From NCBI GenBank assembly GCA_010093705.1, contig MU006089.1:353570-417569 (forward strand): 64,000 nt of DNA. Direction: 5' to 3'. Source of the DNA: Patellaria atrata CBS 101060. Its lineage: Eukaryota. The notes under the pieces are model-generated. The model was not told the DNA's origin. It searched no databases and saw nothing but the letters and a program-made list of their open reading frames with translations. Positions 12,690 through 24,466 of this stretch are shown piece by piece; within the stretch, counting starts at the first letter, position 1; the number at the start of each line of letters is the position of its first letter. A program made the translations under genes and the position numbers.

Positions 12690-15651
12690 ATGGCTACTAC
12701 AATACCACGACCGTCCCGCCCTTCTCTAAACCCTCCAACTGGACCATTGCCATCATTGCCAGTACCGAAATCGCGGAAGAGTACTGCAAACGTTCCAACA
12801 TCGCCAGCCTCCAGTCGAGCACCGTCAACATCGCTGTTACCGACAGCTGCGTCTAACCGTGCCGTATCTTCGTCCGCTTTGCCAACACGCCCATACAAGC
12901 ACCACTCAAACTCAACATCCAATGTCCCCACACTATCTACCCCACAATCCCCTGCGGGACCTGCTCCTGGAAAGATACTTCGAAAGACAATAAGTATTGG
13001 CGCCTTTCCCCAGCCTCCCAGAAGTGTCGGTCGTAATTCGAGCCATCCCCCAAGTCCCCTATCGGCGAGTGCTACACCTGGAGAGGGGATAGACAACAAA
13101 TTACTGGCGGTCGCTAAGAGTATCCCAGCCAGGGAGAGCAGTCTTCGAAGGAAGAGCACAAGAGTCTCGGGCATTGGGACGACATTGAGAAGTCCCCTAG
13201 GTTCCCCCAGTCTTATAAACAGCAGTGATAAATGCGTTTCCCCGAGTACGTTACTCAACTTACCATCACCACCACAGAGTCGAACATCTTCCCCACAAGG
13301 ATCATACGCTACGGGAACAACATTCGAGGATTACGGCGAGGATGAAGCTCGAGGTAGAGACGGAGCTTCGGCTGATCACGGGAAATCAGATAAGCAGACA
13401 TCACAGAAAGATTCCAAGGGCAATGTCATCGTGAGTGTGAGGGTCAGACCGGATGCGGGCAGTAATGAGGGCAATAAACCCGAGTTAGAATGGATGGTCG
13501 ATGGGCGGCGGTCCTTGATTTCATATAGAGGAAAAGAAGGCGGTGAATATTACTACGGTTCGCATTGATACGAAGCTCACTTTTGGATATTCCCCACTAA
13601 CTACTTCAGATAATGTCTTTACAACCCACGACAATAATGCTCGAGTGTACGATTCGGCTGCGAAGCGCCTGGTACGACGAGTCATGGAGGGATATCATGG
13701 CACAGTGTTTGCCTATGGTATGACTGGTACGGGTAAAACCTTCTCTATGCAAGGGACAGCAACATCTCCAGGAGTAATCCCTTTGGCCATCACCGATATT
13801 TTTTCATTCATCAGAGAAACACCAAACCGGGAATTCCTTCTTCGCGTAAGTTACTTGGAGATTTACAATGAGAAAATTCATGATCTACTATCGGCCCCCG
13901 GCGTCACTGCAAATGGTCAAGCTGCACCTCAGGAAGAAATCAAATTGAGGGAGGACAGCAAGCGTGGGGTATATGCGACACCTCTGAAAGAAGAGATTGT
14001 GCAGAGCCCTACCCAGCTTTTACGAGTCATTGCAAGGGGTGACAACGCAAGGCGAACGGGTAGCACCCAATTCAATGCGCGAAGCTCTCGAAGTCACGCA
14101 GTCGTTCAGATCGTTGTTGAAAGTCGAGAGCGAATTCCTGGCAGTGGAAGCCTACATGAGAGCAAGCGAGCAGCAATACCACCAGGTGGTGTTCGTGTAT
14201 CAACCCTCAGCTTGATCGATCTTGCTGGCTCTGAAAAAGCGGCGGAGAGCAAAGAACGGCGCACTGAAGGTGCACACATCAACAAGAGCTTGCTTACCCT
14301 TGGCACTGTTATTGCGAGGTTGTCTACGGATAAGGACAAATCCGGCAATGTTTCCGACAAGGATACGAAACATCTACCCTACCGAGATAGTAAGCTCACA
14401 AGGTTGTTGCAACCTGCCCTTTCGGGAAATTCCTTGGTTAGCATTCTTTGCACTATCCAAATTGGAGCCGCAGGGAGCGTTGCTGCTGCACATTCACATA
14501 CCGGCGAGACTTTGAATACTTTGAAGTTTGCTTCGCGTGCAAAGAATAATATCGTCAGTCATGCAAAGAAAGCCGAGGAAGCTTTAGGCTCCAGTGCTGA
14601 TGCAGGGAGTCGCGCATTGCTCGATCGATACCGAATGGAGATTACCGAATTGCGTAAACAACTCGAGACTCAAAACAAAGCAAACCAGGACGCCAAGAAA
14701 GAAGTGGAAGAAGAGGAAGAGAAAGCCAGGGAGCGAGAAGCTGAGGTTCGACACGAGGAACAAATGCTCGAGATGCAACTTGCTCGTACAGCTCTCAAAG
14801 AACGCATCGAGCATCTCAATCGACTCATTCTCAGTTCTAAGTCTCTGGGTGTTAATGCTAACCGCTCATTCTCGGCGCTGAGTCTACAGCATCGTGGGTC
14901 GACCATCAGCAATAATGAGTTCAATACAACTTCAGCCCGTTCTTCAACTAGCCATAGTCATACCACGCTGGAGGCTCCTCAACGACAATCATCCTCTGGT
15001 TCAACTGCCGCGCCTCTTACGCCTCCATCTACAGGCTCTAACGGGATACCTGGTGATAACCATTCGGAGGATGATTCGATCGGAGAGAACGGAGACGGAT
15101 CTGCTACTGCAGCAGTGCAAATTCGAGCTCTGCAAGCCGATCTAGCGGATAAGAATCGATACATATCCACGCTAGAAAAACGGTTGCTCCAAGCCCGACG
15201 GTCAAGCCACTCGAGAGTGTCGATGAGTTTTGCGAACTCGCACCGATTGAACGGCGCGTTAGGCGAGGACGGCGGTGCTGAATCTTTACTCAAAGAAAAA
15301 GACGCCGAAATCGCAGATCTACGGGCTAGATTAGATGATAAAGATCGTATGGTTTCGGCATTAAGGTCTGCTGCTAGAAAGAGAGATGTTGCAGATCTCT
15401 CCATAGATACGTCGTCGACCTCCGAAAGGAGAACAAGCTCTTTTCATCGCAGCGAGAGTAGTGTTGCCAGTTCATTTAAAGCCACGCCTGTCAGTCCAGT
15501 TGGACTCCTCTCCCCAGCGATCAAGGAGAGGACCAGAGGAGTAGAAGAAATGACTAGAATACTAGATGAGATGATTTCCGATAGAGTAGAGAGTGGACAG
15601 CTGATACGGAGCTCGAGGAACAGTATCAGAGTCCCGAGCGAAAGTAGATGA
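12690..15651 (+). CDS. kipA: Kinesin-7 family motor (KipA/Kip2-like)
   Basis: Exons 12690-13557 and 13610-15651. VSVRVRP, P-loop AYGMTGTGKT, NARSSRSH, LIDLAGSE, HINKSLLTLG and HLPYRDSKLTRLL; long S/P-rich N-terminal extension and C-terminal coiled coils. Confidence 0.9.
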
Positions 15652-17340
15652 GAGACGAAGATTTGCATAACGTTCTTCATGCGTTCACGGGGCGGCGTTT
15701 CGGAGTCGCATAGCACTTGACTTGCTTCTATCAGGGCGACATTTGGTTTATCTGGTTTATCGCGCAGGATAGTCAGGGGACACTAAAGGCGTTAAAGGAG
15801 ATTTCTTACCTTCTTCTTTACAGTTCTTCTTTTGTATTCTTTGCACCCATTTTCTCGGCGATACCCTCTTACTGTTTTCATTCATTCTTAATATTCCATT
15901 CTGCTATGTCGTTTTGTAACTCGTCATGTGTTTGATTGTCGTTCCCGGGGGTTTCGCATAAGTCACCGTCACCTGACACGACGAATAAAACGCGTGTCCG
16001 AGGAGACAATTTGCCGATTACTGGAAAGGCGGATACATATTGTACTATTACCCATATCGTAATATAGACGACATGTCTACATTAATGAGAGGCCATTGTG
16101 ATGAAACTAATCAGATGCTGATCCTATCGGCTCTTTGTCGCCGTTGACATTTCTCGCTTGCTGTATGTACTGTTCGCTGTACGGCTCTCAGATCTAACCC
16201 CGTCTAGGGCTCCATTCGTCTCTACTCCGTATTTCTAACTCAAGGCTCTTCTTGATCGACATGTACAATGATAAGAGTCAGATCTGCCTTACCGTCATAC
16301 CGTGAGGGGGGGACAAACCAATTGTCAGAAGATGTTTGGTTGGTTGGGTACAACTACACAAAAGATGACAGCTACACCTGTCAATCCTCTTATGCAGACC
16401 TATATACTGACCCTATACAGGTCCATTTACAGGTCCATTTACAGTTAAACGGTTATACACAAGCCTGGTTTCAGGAAGATTGATGAGTGTGGATCTCGAA
16501 ATCCGCACGTAGTATGATCGATCCCTTCCCCCACTTGGCGTCTTCGGCTCGCATTCCAGAAACGGTCAGGGGTTTTTGGATGGGAATATTTGGGAATCTG
16601 TGGGGTTGGAGGTTTCGTCGTCGTTTCATCTTTCGACACAACGCCGTATCATAGGCAAGAAAAAGATGAGGATAACGCACAATTTGTTCACGCTTCCCAC
16701 ACGCCGTGAAACTTGCAGACACAAGTACCGCGCCTTGGGCAATCTATGCATCCGCTCTATCCACTAAGTTGCCCTTTTCCTTACCTTGATCATCACTCTC
16801 GCTCTCCCTTCCATGTTCCCATCCCGCATTCTCTAGAACTAGGCTGGCAGGCCCGGACCGCATTCTTGATTTCTTTCTACTTGGCTGCCTCTATCACCTC
16901 TTTTTGTTTCTTTCTCCTGCCTCTCACAATTTTGTTTCGTTCGTGTCTCTCCTTGACGGATGATGGCGTTGGCTTCAGTTACTTCATAAAACTTTTCTCG
17001 TGTTAGCCCAGTCAGATCGGGGAATCCGCATCGTTGGACCTACAAAAGTACTGTCACCTTTCTACCCGCTGGGAAATCCATATAGGACGGGATCCTTTTT
17101 GTCATACCAGAGCCGCGGTTGACCAGCAGCTGTAGTCATTGACATCTTAATATTTTCCGCTTCCTCTTTCCACCTCATCTGAGTGAAACCCGTCCCACAC
17201 CTTCAGGCCAAGGTGTATTCTTTCTTCCTTCTTACATTTCTTCAATAAAACTATACACGCTCTGGCCTTCTTGATTGAACGGACCAGAACTCATTATCCA
17301 AATAGATATGCTTATCACACCTAAAACATCAAGCAAAAAT

Positions 17341-19385
17341 ATGCATAGCAGACGAAATCCTAGTCTGACTATCTCGTCTACTTCCTCCTTATCAGTAGGC
17401 TCTTCTCATTCACTGCTCTCTCCGAGAATCAGCTCTAGTCGGGAAAGCCGTGGACTCCTTTCCCCTTCACCACCACCTTCTCCGGCTCTACCGTCTCTAA
17501 TCCCCCGCCATGGAAAGAGACCCATACCCAGGAGCCAGACCTGGAACCTAATAAAGTTATTACTTACTACTTGCGTTGTCGTGGTCCTAGCATGGCTCGG
17601 TATACGCTCATACACCAGCAGCAAAACTATGACCGCTCCGGTCCCAGCAGAGGGTGAGCAGGGGGACTATGAAATGGTTGGGGATAGCTCCTTACCCCGT
17701 GATCCATCCGTAGTTATGGTCGCAGACAAGAATGGAAAGCCCAAATGGACCGTCTCGATCCCTCAGAATGTAGGTTTCCCATTGCGTCCAACCCAATACG
17801 CGGAACTCTGCTCGCAGACCATGGAGATGTCCCATCATATGACAGAAGCCACCGGGAAGAAATTGAATAAGAGACACAAGGGATACTATTTCAAGGATCC
17901 TTCATTCGTAGACATTCTAGAAGCTGAAGAGCAGGGTTTTCTTCCGCCATACCAGCAATCCCTCGTATCCGACGACCACGGTGCGGGAGAAAATGGTGCT
18001 AAGGTATGCAACAGCAGCCTAACATTCGTTCTCGAGACCTCAGACGCAGGTCTCGGCAACACATTGCTCGGTCTCTGGATGTCATACGGGCTTGCGCAAA
18101 AGGAGGGGCGTGCCTTTTTCGTCGATGACACGAGATGGTATGTTGCGTCACCCTTCAGCTTTCCATCCTCCTTCTAGCGCCCCCCGATATGCTACACAGA
18201 CGTAACCCCATCGCGCATTTGACGGCGAATCATATAGCTAATCTTGATGCTCGGGATAGGGCTTACGGGAACTACTCGACGTACTTCGCCCCGGTGCCCC
18301 AACAATCGTGCACTCCACCTCCCGCTTCGCATATTTTGCCTTGTCCCCATACGGCGCGCCACCTCGTTATTTCCGCCGCGACGTATCGACACCACTTCGG
18401 CCACGCGTTCCAGGAGCAGTTCGAGGACGCACACAAGATGGAAGTCCAGCGCCAGCAGAAGATCTTCACCTTCCTACGCGCCGGCTACGAAACCCTCTTC
18501 AAGCTCCCGCCCGACGACGCAGCGTATGTCGAGCAGCGCGTAAAACAGATCTACGCCCCCGTCCGCGAGAAGGGCGGCATAGCGATCGGGCTCCACATCC
18601 GTCGCGGGGACAAACATCCCTACGAGTATCAGTACAGCAAGGACTACCTTCCCCTAACCCGCTACGTAGACGCTGCGCGGGACATGCTGATCGCGTATTT
18701 CGAGGCCGACGGGCCACCCTCTCCCATCGTCTCTGCGCTCAACACAATCACCTCCGTCGTCGCGACCACGTCCCGTAAGATGGCGCAGAAAAAACCAAAC
18801 CCCCACCATCAACATAGTAGAAAGGGAAATATAGGTGGACGACCCTCCGCGCTCGACGCCGAACTGGCCTCCATCACCGTCCTCGCGTCCGACGATCCAG
18901 ACGTGTACGTCGCGCCCGAGACGAGCGCGACGAAGCGGGCTCAGGACCGCATCGTGCTGGCCAGCAAGAAGACGCTCGAAGCGGCGTCGTCCAAAACCCA
19001 CGGCTCGGCCAAGAAACCGTTCGTAGACGACGTCTCGGGCTGGGAAGGCGGCTTCTACCACGACGTCTTCTGGGGCCTCGGCCGGAGCGCCAAGTGGAGC
19101 GTCGCTCACCAGGCTCACTCGTCCCCCCCTTCGTCGTCCGCTGTTTCTGCGCCCGTGGATGAACGCGTTCCGGAGCCTATCATGCACCTCCGCTCTCTCG
19201 TCGGGCGGTCTTACCTCCTCGATCTCGCGGTCCTGAGTCGTGCCGATGGCGTCGTGTGCGGCGTCAGCGCTGTCGGGTGCAGAGTGTTGGGCGTCATGAA
19301 GGGGTGGAGCGATGTTGGAGAGGAGGGAGGGGGGTGGAGGAATGTGGATGGGGAGTTTGAGTGGAGGGGGTTGGAGTGGAAGTGA
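17341..19385 (+). CDS. Type II membrane protein with FUT8/GT23-like fucosyltransferase motifs
   Basis: Exons 17341-18137 and 18260-19385 (the start could be ATG 17308). One N-terminal TM segment (LLLTTCVVVVLAWLGI); motifs GLHIRRGDK, VLASDDP and DLAVLSRADGVVCGVSAVGCRVL. Confidence 0.7.
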
Positions 19386-20170
19386 TCTCCCCACCCCCAG
19401 CACACAAAAATCCGAAGCGAGGGGTTGGAGAGGATTATGGATGAAAGAGAAGTCTCGTTCGTTGATATACCATTTCCTGGAGTTGGTCTACACAGCATCC
19501 CCGGCGTTTTTTTTTTTTTAAAATTTTATTTTTTTTAATTTTCTTTCATTTTAGCATGTCCCAGAATGGCTCGAGGGCCTGGTAGAGACTTAAAAGTACA
19601 ATACATAGGAGGGGGAAATGAGGAATCGAAATCATCTACACCTATCATATACCAGATATTTGAGCGCTGAAAGACGTCTTCTTCTCTCTGAGTTGATGTT
19701 GGCTTGCTAGAGACCTGTTTTTGTTATCCCTTCCACTTAGAGCCATAGGTATCTTCACACCTTGTTACTGTTGGAGATCATGGCTCTCCACTGTTCGGCA
19801 AGGTGCTGATAACTCTGGATCGGAAGGATGCATGGGTATTTCTAGCCCTACGTGACTTCCTAGAGCGGAATTCCTAGATGTAAATCTATGGCCAAAAGTT
19901 CATAAGCTGATGGGTGTGAGTTATAAAAGGGCTGATGGTATGAAGTACATGGTACAGGAGGTAAGGTTGGACAGCTTGGCAGAGGTGGCAGAGTACGGTA
20001 TTTTCAGAACGCTACCTTTAGGGAACCGAATATATACAATGTTCAGTAAATCATAGCTCACACTTTATTGATAGCTATACTATCAGCAGTTCCTTATGAT
20101 GTCAGATGTATCAATCCCGCAGCTCCATGTTTTCTTTCAGCTCCTACAATCTCAACGGGCCTCAGGAAAT

Positions 20171-21101
20171 TTAGGAGAGATGTTGCTTGAACCACTCAAT
20201 GCCCTGCTTTTCCGCATCATCCATGGCCTTCTTGTCCTTCTCGCTACTCCAATCACCGCGAAGGCTGAACCCATGGACTTGGTCCTATGACAACGGTCAG
20301 CAGAGTTTCATGTATCGTTCAGTCCGTTACTTACCTCATAAGTCCGGATTTCATGAGGAACGGAGGACTTCTTCTCCAAAATCTCGCGGATCTGATCTAC
20401 CTGCTTCTCATCAAGTAGGCTATCTTTTGATCCTACGGCGAAGCTTATGGGCTTTGTGATGGGGTCAAAGTCACCCGGGATAGTGACTAAGGACGGATGG
20501 CAGGCATATACTGCGTCAACTCCCATTCCTGGTTCATCCGAACCATGTGCTGTCAGAACAGCATATCGACCACCCCAACAGAAGCCAATCACGCCGATCT
20601 TATTCGTGCCAGGAATCACCCGGACAGCATTGATGAAGCTATCGATAAGAGGTTTTGTAACAGCTTCCCGGTGCTTTGCCAACCAGGGCATCAGTGTCGT
20701 TCCGACCTTTGCTGTTTTGGCCGCTTTTTCAAGAAGAGTCAGGTTTTCCCGTACCGGAAGCGGGGGTTCGACATCTTGGAGGAACTCGATTGGGAGAGAG
20801 TCGCCCTGGTGGAAGTCGGGAACGTAGCAATAGAAGCCGGCTTTTGCGTACCCGTCCGCAAGGAGGCGGATATTGGGGAGTCGCCAACCGAAGACTTGAT
20901 ATATCAGTACAGTACCATAACTTCGATGGGAATTCGCCACTTACTATCAGTGATGAAAATGATGGTCTTCTCGGTTGAATCAGACTCGGGCTCTGAAACG
21001 TAGGTATTTAGGCCTCCGACTGTGATCTCACGTCCCGAGGGTTTGCCTTCTTGGATTTTACCAGAAAGGCAGCACGAGCTTACTCCTACGCCTGTGGACA
21101 T
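20171..21101 (-). CDS. Dienelactone hydrolase family protein
   Basis: Three exons. SCCLSG N-terminus, DIFGW..N.RLLADGYA, nucleophile GFCWGG, CHPS, and catalytic His in DQVHGFSLRGD. Confidence 0.9.
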
Positions 21102-22358
21102 GACTGAATGTGTTAATCAGTTGAGGAATTTACAACAGTGACAGTTCAATTGTAGGTTTGTCTGAGTTAATTGACAATTGAAGTATCAAGGTCTCGAATT
21201 TGAAAAAAGAGATCGGATGGAAACTTCTCCGCAATATACTTCTAGTTTCAGTGGGGTACATCATCTTCGCCTGACGTAACTTGCGGGAAGGTACAGTCAG
21301 TGCCTGCCATTATGCCCATAGTTGCTTCTCTTTCTGTAATAATGAATAAGTAAGGAAGGTATGTCCATGGCTCATTCTCAATCGAGCAGTACGGAGTTAA
21401 TAAAAGGTAGCAACTCATCAGGTTGCTGGCTGTTGCACGGTCTTTCAGCAGAAATCACATCACTTTATGAAGGTAAAACCATCTAATGTACCTGACAAAG
21501 TTTTAGCTACAAAGGTAGCATCTCATCTGCATCTCGCGGAATGTATTGATCGTCCTGATGTCATCGTCACGTGTCGTTTGTAAACTTCGGCTTTGCCTCG
21601 GATCGGAAGAAACCCCTGACTCCCACGACTCCTCACCATGACAACCACCAACGTACCTTCATCATAACATAAAATATTAGGATTCCTAGGAATCAGCTCC
21701 AACACGACGATAATCCCCACGATGTATGAATGGAAGCTCACAAAAGTGCATTCAAGATACCGCGGGCATGTAGCAAATGTAGGACCACAACTGTGCCTCC
21801 AACCTGGATGAAGAAGTTATCCACATGTTGCTCATTGTCATAACTGTGCATGAAGGTTGTCACCTAGACCTGGTTTCTATCAATATTGTACCATCAGTCT
21901 ATCCCGCTGCAGTCCTTGGTCACTCATTAATCACATCCACCATCGTGGGTGGACAACTACTGGTAGAGTATTAAGGTAATGTACAGTATGAGCCGATTTT
22001 GTTTGTTTTTTTGCTGCGTTCTACTGGGTCTTGTTCGTACCTTTTCCATTTTTCAAAGTAGTGGAGGAGACTGTGATAGCCATTGCAAAAAATCATCAGG
22101 TAAAGAGCTATCGAGATCTAAACTTGACTTCCCATCCGTGAGAGCATGTCAAGGGTTCGAAAATTGAAGGATCCACTCATTGCGAAGGAAGAGATATAGA
22201 CCGCCGTATACCTTTCGTGGTAGAAAATGTTGTTGGCCCCTCTACTGCGTCTCTTTGGTTGTTCCAGTTATTCGTATTCAAGATTTCATGGGGAAAACAC
22301 GGAAGTCTTATTCATAATTCAGATATTGATTGTCGTTACTCAAGTATCAGTTAAGATC

Positions 22359-22436
22359 TCAATATCCATAGGCTAGTGGTGGTTCAATATTCATATGCTG
22401 GTCGAAATTTCAATATCCGTAGGTTAGTTAAAATCC
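22359..22436 (+). repeat. Three degenerate ~25-bp tandem repeats (TCAATATyCrTAkGyTrGT) upstream of a TATA box
   Basis: tcaatatccataggctagt / tcaatattcatatgctggt / tcaatatccgtaggttagt, followed by TATATAA at 22445-22451. Confidence 0.55.
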
Positions 22437-22612
22437 GAATCTGCTATATAATACGCTCGTTTCCAAAAAAAAAACCTTTCCTTTACCACTTTCAATTCAG
22501 CATCTTCACTTCAGCTTAGCATATTCACCATAATATCTCGTAAAACAAACTGTACTACAACATGTTCCATCCTTCTACGACCCTTAATAGCAATTTTGAC
22601 AAATATATCAAA

Positions 22613-23842
22613 ATGCCATTGCAAGGTCCACAACAAATCCGGTACCAGGGACAGCACTACGGTGGTCATCAACGAGGTTATCACCAAGGTCAACAACAGG
22701 GCCAGCAACAAGGCCAACAATCAGGCCAACACTCCTATGAGCAGCAACCCGGGCATTCAACACAGCACAATGTCAATCCCTATTACGGGGATGATGATGC
22801 TCCAGGTATTGGGCCCGACCCCGAACAGCGGAACACCACCCAAGCGGGTTTTCGCGAGCTTGGTTCTGCTTTAGGAGACAGTACAGAAGATTTCGGGTTG
22901 GACAACTCATTTGGAGACGGTACAGGTGATTCCAGATTGGGCAACTCATACAGCAAAGTCACGTACTGGGCGGGAAACGTAGAAGACGCCACACAGTCTC
23001 CGTACACCGCCCAGCCAATTCCGGAAGACCAAATACTGGACCTATCCTCGTCTGGAGCCTTTGAATTCCAAAACAACCCCGTACCGGATACCCAGGCTCA
23101 GCAGAGCTTCCCGGGCCCTTCGCAACCGCCCACTACACAAGCTCTACAAATGGGCGAGCTTGGGGTTTGGCTTTCTCAAAACTCCATCGCACAAGCCGTA
23201 CCAGCGTACAACCTCCCGGGCCCTTCGCAACCGCCCACCACACAAGCCGTACAAACGGACGATTTCGGAGTTTGGCTTTCTCAAACCCAAACCGCACAAA
23301 CCGCACAGACGTACAACCACCCGACTCCCGGAAGCGTCCCCACGACCTCTAATCCCACACAGTCGGGATTCTCACCCCTCACGGCCGCGCACTTCCCCGC
23401 CCCCTTCCAGGCTGCCTTCCCCGCTGGCTTCCCCGCTGCGGTCCCTCCCCCGGCTCCCGGGCCAGGCATGTACAGCACCCCGTACTCGAACTGCTACTAC
23501 CTGCACACCGGCGGGCGCACCATGCTGAACATTCCGGGCAACTACCAGCTCGTGCACCTCGGTGGGGGTGTGTTGGGCCTGAAACTGGTACCGCCTCCGA
23601 GCGAACCGCCGGTACCACCACAGCAACAGCAGCAGCAGCAGGTACAAGGGCCGCAGAAGGAGAGGAGCCCGACGCCCGATTTCGGCGTCGAGTATACGGC
23701 GGGTAAGTATGTACCTAGCCCGTATGTTCTTAAGGGGAATAGACTTGTTAAGAGGTCGGATGCGGAGAAAGAGGATGCGAAGGAAGAGGATGAGGAGGAT
23801 GAGGATGAGGAGGGAGAGGACACGGAGGAAGAGGATGCTTAG
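22613..23842 (+). CDS. Low-complexity orphan protein (Q/G-rich N-terminus, duplicated 35-aa unit, Pro-rich region, acidic tail)
   Basis: Intronless ORF of about 410 aa (alternative ATG at 22562) with coding-like composition and an upstream TATA; no recognisable domain. Confidence 0.65.
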   Translation: MPLQGPQQIRYQGQHYGGHQRGYHQGQQQGQQQGQQSGQHSYEQQPGHSTQHNVNPYYGDDDAPGIGPDPEQRNTTQAGFRELGSALGDSTEDFGLDNSFGDGTGDSRLGNSYSKVTYWAGNVEDATQSPYTAQPIPEDQILDLSSSGAFEFQNNPVPDTQAQQSFPGPSQPPTTQALQMGELGVWLSQNSIAQAVPAYNLPGPSQPPTTQAVQTDDFGVWLSQTQTAQTAQTYNHPTPGSVPTTSNPTQSGFSPLTAAHFPAPFQAAFPAGFPAAVPPPAPGPGMYSTPYSNCYYLHTGGRTMLNIPGNYQLVHLGGGVLGLKLVPPPSEPPVPPQQQQQQQVQGPQKERSPTPDFGVEYTAGKYVPSPYVLKGNRLVKRSDAEKEDAKEEDEEDEDEEGEDTEEEDA

Positions 23843-24290
23843 ATTTTGGGTTTCGTTGGTTTGGATCAGTAGGTTGGGTTTGCGGTGTTTGGTGGGGTGG
23901 TTTTTTGTGGAAAGACGGGTGTTCTGGAAAGGCATATTGAGCTTCTATCTTCCTTAATCCAGATGGGTAGTTAGGTTTAGATTATTTCGTAGGATGTTTT
24001 GTTGGAAATACGGATATACAGGAAAGGCATACTTGATTTTGGGCTTCGTTACTGTGGATGGGTGGTTACGTTTACGTTGTTTGGTAGGGCTTTTGTTCAG
24101 GATATGAATGGATAGGAAAAGCTTACTTTGATTTTGGGTTTCATTACTATAGATGGGTAGTTAGGTTCATCTTGTTCGACTGGAATCTTTTTAGGAAAAC
24201 GAATTGTACTGGATAGGAAAAGCGTACTTGGCTTCTGGTTTCATATTTTACATCGGTATTCGGTTTTACGTTGTTTGGGTATACCGTTTG
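23841..24290 (+). repeat. Degenerate ~95-bp tandem repeat, about 4-5 copies
   Basis: Recurring blocks GATGGGTAGTTAGGTTT, GGAAARGCRTACTT and GATTTTGGGTTTC at ~95-100-bp spacing (e.g. gatgggt at 23962, 24057, 24152). Confidence 0.65.
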
Positions 24291-24466
24291 TGTACTCTAC
24301 CACTCTCATCTCTATTAAAAACCCCCTAACCTATGGAAAGAGTATCCCATCGATATCATACAAATGCCCATAGTACATTTTTCCCCGTGCGCCCATAAAG
24401 CCCAAACCAAAGCCCCCTAAACCCATAATACACGAAAGAGATGACCCAGTTACCCGTCCACCCCAT

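Noticed and set aside
16416..16444. TACAGGTCCATT x2.4 repeat; also (GAT)n at ~2015-2033 and poly-A/T runs
   Set aside because: Ordinary micro- and minisatellites.
20171..21101. Dienelactone hydrolase (or the distant SDR and MFS genes) as mycosporine tailoring/export genes
   Set aside because: Separated from the cluster by housekeeping genes; there is no sequence evidence of linkage.
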